Source of the DNA: Streptomyces sp. enrichment culture
GTDB lineage: Bacteria; Actinomycetota; Actinomycetes; Streptomycetales; Streptomycetaceae
DNA length: 64,000 nucleotides
Direction: 5' to 3'
Assembly (NCBI RefSeq): GCF_964272895.1
Contig: NZ_OZ186833.1
Span: 60,034 to 124,033, forward strand
Part shown: one piece after another, positions 61,079 to 64,000 of the stretch
Layout: every line of letters begins with the position of its first letter
Numbering within the stretch: position 1 is the stretch's first letter
Translations under genes and position numbers: made by a program
The notes under the pieces: generated by a model
The model's input: the letters and a program-made list of their open reading frames with translations, nothing else
The model's database searches: none
What the model was told of the DNA's origin: nothing

Positions 61079-62623
61079 TCACTGCGGCGGATTGCCGTGC
61101 TTGCGGTGCGGCAGTTCCGCGTGCTTGGTGCGCAGCATGTGCAGCGACCCGATCAGGATCCGGCGGGTCTCGGACGGGTCGATCACCTCGTCGATCAGCC
61201 CGCGCTCGGCGGCGTAGTACGGGTGCATCAACTCGGTCCGGTACTCCTTGACCCGCCGGGCGCGCACCGCCTCCGGGTCGTCGGCCTCGGCGATCTGCCG
61301 CCGGAAGATGACGTTGGCGGCGCCCTCCGCGCCCATCACGGCGATCTCGTTGGTGGGCCAGGCGTAGGTGAGGTCCGCCCCGATGGACTGGGAGTCCATG
61401 ACGATGTAGGCGCCCCCGTATGCCTTGCGCAGCACCAGGGAGATCCGGGGCGTGGTCGCGTTGCAGTACGCGTACAGGAGTTTGGCGCCGTGCCGGATGA
61501 TGCCGCCGTGCTCCTGGTCGACGCCGGGCAGGAAGCCCGGCACGTCCAGCAGCGTGACGATCGGGATGTTGAAGGCGTCGCACAGCTGCACGAACCGCGC
61601 GGCCTTCTCGGACGCGTGGATGTCCAGCACGCCCGCCAGCACCTGCGGTTGGTTCGCGACGATGCCCACGACCTGGCCGTCCAGCCGGGCCAGCGCGCAG
61701 ATGATGTTGCGCGCCCAGCGGTCGTGGACCTCGAGAAGCTCGCCGTCGTCGACGATCTCCTCGATCACCGCCCGCATGTCGTACGGCCGGTTGCCGTCCT
61801 CCGGCACCAGCTCCAGCAGTGCGTCGGTACGCCGGTCGGGCGAGTCCGACGACACGGTCATCGGGGGCAGTTCGCGGTTGTTGGACGGCAGCAGGGACAG
61901 CAGGTAGCGCACCTCGGCCAGGCAGGTCTCCTCGTCGTCGTGGACGAAGTGGGCGACCCCGGAGGCCGCGGCGTGCACATCGGCGCCGCCCAGCCCGTCG
62001 TGACCGATCTCCTCGCCCGTGACGGCCTTGACGACGTCCGGGCCGGTGATGAACATCTGCGAGGTGCCCCGCACCATGAACACGAAGTCCGTCAGCGCGG
62101 GGCTGTAGGCCGCACCGCCGGCGCACGGACCCAGCATCACACTGATCTGCGGGATCACACCCGAAGCCCTGGTGTTGCGCTGGAAGATCCCGCCATAGCC
62201 GGCGAGCGCCGAGACGCCCTCCTGGATACGCGCACCCGCACCGTCGTTCAGCGACACCAGCGGAGCCCCGGCCGCGATGGCCATGTCCATGATCTTGTGG
62301 ATCTTCGTCGCATGGGCCTCACCCAGCGCACCACCGAAGATCCGGAAGTCATGCGCGTACACGAAGACCGTCCGGCCGTCCACCGTGCCCCAGCCGGTGA
62401 TCACACCGTCGGTGTACGGCCTCTTCGTCTCCAGCCCGAAACCGGTCGCCCGGTGCCGGCGCAGCGACTCCACCTCGTGGAAGGAACCCTTGTCCAGCAG
62501 CAGACCGATCCGTTCGCGGGCGGTCAGCTTGCCCTTGGCGTGCTGCGCCTCAGTGGCCCGCTCGCTCGGCCCGCGCAACACCTGTTCGCGCAGCGCCTGC
62601 AGTTCCGCAACTCGGGAGAACAT
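61079..62623 (-). CDS. pccB: acyl-CoA carboxylase beta (carboxyltransferase) subunit
   Basis: KGKLTARERI, GGARIQEG-type motif, GPCAGGAAY, RKAYGGAY, KHGNPP. Confidence 0.96.
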   Translation of the reverse strand: MFSRVAELQALREQVLRGPSERATEAQHAKGKLTARERIGLLLDKGSFHEVESLRRHRATGFGLETKRPYTDGVITGWGTVDGRTVFVYAHDFRIFGGALGEAHATKIHKIMDMAIAAGAPLVSLNDGAGARIQEGVSALAGYGGIFQRNTRASGVIPQISVMLGPCAGGAAYSPALTDFVFMVRGTSQMFITGPDVVKAVTGEEIGHDGLGGADVHAAASGVAHFVHDDEETCLAEVRYLLSLLPSNNRELPPMTVSSDSPDRRTDALLELVPEDGNRPYDMRAVIEEIVDDGELLEVHDRWARNIICALARLDGQVVGIVANQPQVLAGVLDIHASEKAARFVQLCDAFNIPIVTLLDVPGFLPGVDQEHGGIIRHGAKLLYAYCNATTPRISLVLRKAYGGAYIVMDSQSIGADLTYAWPTNEIAVMGAEGAANVIFRRQIAEADDPEAVRARRVKEYRTELMHPYYAAERGLIDEVIDPSETRRILIGSLHMLRTKHAELPHRKHGNPPQ

Positions 62624-63588
62624 CAGGCGGCTCCCTCGGCCGCCGGCCGCACCAGGGCGTTCACGGTCGTCTTCATCTGCTGCGCGTCCGTGGTGCGCAG
62701 CGTCGTCACGCCGGGCTCGATCCGCGTGCACAGGCCGCTGAGCGCCTTGCCCTGGCCCACCTCCACGAACCGGTCCACACCGGCGGCCGTCATGTGCCGC
62801 ACCGCGTCCGTCCACAGCACCCGCCCGGTGAGCTGGGCCTGCAGGCACTGTCTGGCCTCGGCCCCGCTGGTGACCAGGGTCCCGCCGGTGCCCGAGTACA
62901 GCGGCACCGCCGGGTCGCAGAACTCCACCTCCGCCAGCGCCGCGGCGAACTCCGGGGCCACCCGGCCCATCAGACTGCAGTGCGCCGGGCCGCCGATGCG
63001 CAGCACGACCACCCGGTCGGCGCCCGCCGTGCCCACCAGCTGCACCAGCCGGTCCACCCCGGCCACCTGCCCGGAGACGACCACCTGGGTCGGGTCGTTG
63101 TGGTTCGCGATCTCCACCACACAGGCCGTCTCCTCGGCCGCCTGCGTGCACAGCTCCTCCACCTGAGGCAGTGTCAGGCCCAGTACGGCCGCCATGCGGC
63201 CCGGCACGGACTCGGTCACCGACGCCATCAGCTCGCCACGCACCTGCACCACGCGCAGCGCGTCCCTCCAGTCCAGCACGCCCGCACACACCAGGGCCGC
63301 GAACTCGCCCAGGCTGTGCCCGGCGACCGCGTCCGGCGCGGCCCCATGGGACCGCAGCACATCGAGCGCGGCCACGCTGGTCAGCAGCATGGCCGGCTGG
63401 GTGACGCGCATGTCGGCCAGTGCCTCGGCCGGGCCCTCGAAGCACAGTGTGGTGATCGGCATGCCGAGCAGTTCGTCGGCGGGCGCGTAGTAGGTGTCGA
63501 TCAGATACGGCCACTGCTTGGCGAGGTCGAGCCCCATGCCCACCCGCTGCGAGCCCTGGCCCGGAAAGACGAAAGCGGTCCTGCCCAT
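62623..63588 (-). CDS. fabD: malonyl-CoA:ACP transacylase (cluster copy)
   Basis: FVFPGQGSQ, TQPA, GHSLGE, R in VQVRGELM, PAHCSLM. Confidence 0.9.
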   Translation of the reverse strand: MGRTAFVFPGQGSQRVGMGLDLAKQWPYLIDTYYAPADELLGMPITTLCFEGPAEALADMRVTQPAMLLTSVAALDVLRSHGAAPDAVAGHSLGEFAALVCAGVLDWRDALRVVQVRGELMASVTESVPGRMAAVLGLTLPQVEELCTQAAEETACVVEIANHNDPTQVVVSGQVAGVDRLVQLVGTAGADRVVVLRIGGPAHCSLMGRVAPEFAAALAEVEFCDPAVPLYSGTGGTLVTSGAEARQCLQAQLTGRVLWTDAVRHMTAAGVDRFVEVGQGKALSGLCTRIEPGVTTLRTTDAQQMKTTVNALVRPAAEGAA

Positions 63589-63635
63589 GCTGGTTCTCCC
63601 TGGTGAACGTGTCGGTGGAGCGTGGGCCGGCCAGG

Positions 63636-64000
63636 TCACAGAAGCGTGCCGCCGGTGGCGTCGACGAAGGCACCCGTGATCCAGCGGGAGGCGTCGGAGG
63701 CGAGGAAGGCGACGACGTCCGCGATGTCCGACGGTTCGCCCACGCGGTTGAAGGCGGACAGCTGGGCCATGAACTGCACGGCCTGCGGATCGTCGAAGAT
63801 CTCGCCGCCGTTGTTCGTCACCCCGGGGGCCACGCTGTTGACGGTGATGCCGCGCCCGGCCAGGTGCTTGGCGTAGTGCCGGGCCATGGTCTCCACGGCA
63901 CCCTTGGTCATCGCGTACGCGATCTCCTCGGGGTTGGCGAACCGGGTGAGCCCCGAGGTGATGTTGATGATCCGGCCGCCGTCGCGCAGGGTGCGCAGCG
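63636..64000 (-). CDS. SDR ketoreductase, LanV/UrdMred-like (5' part outside the window)
   Basis: GRIINITSGLTR.ANP..IAYAMTKGA, ITVNSVAPG.T.NG, FLASDASRWITGAFVDATGGTLL. Confidence 0.85.
   Translation of the reverse strand, partial: LRTLRDGGRIINITSGLTRFANPEEIAYAMTKGAVETMARHYAKHLAGRGITVNSVAPGVTNNGGEIFDDPQAVQFMAQLSAFNRVGEPSDIADVVAFLASDASRWITGAFVDATGGTLL

Overview
High-GC actinomycete (Streptomyces-like) DNA that is almost entirely secondary-metabolite supercluster, with at least three biosynthetic branches. (1) A phenazine core operon (aroC-phzB-C-D-E-F-G-phzA/B, minus strand, 9.8-17.5 kb), flanked by an adoK-metH-metF SAM-recycling cassette, a Tat-exported multicopper oxidase, a SnoaL protein and a frameshifted FAD monooxygenase. 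(2) A THN/flaviolin naphthoquinone (furaquinocin/furanonaphthoquinone-type) branch at 25-43 kb: type III PKS, MomA, aminotransferase, two methyltransferases, a Fur5-like ligase, CreE/CreD nitrite enzymes, a polyprenyl synthase, an epoxidase-like flavoprotein and an OvmZ/W-like pair. No aromatic prenyltransferase or mevalonate genes are in the window. (3) The edge of a probable angucycline-type type II PKS cluster at 44-64 kb: LanV-like SDR, FabD, acyl-CoA carboxylase subunits, a standalone AT, a LanZ4/Z5-like pair, a JadR1-like regulator, a fused OvmZ-W protein, MFS/TetR. Extra respiratory genes (cydAB with LysR, lone qcrB, DUF3099) sit between branches 1 and 2. The most notable sequence-level observations are a spaced tripartite DNA motif upstream of the SAM, phenazine and THN operons, three ECF41-type promoter motifs (one heading a candidate ~120-nt structured RNA whose loop is complementary to the aroC RBS), TTA codons in four genes, and tandem arrays that reiterate the stop codons of three regulator genes. 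All family assignments come from motif recognition and recall; no database search was run.
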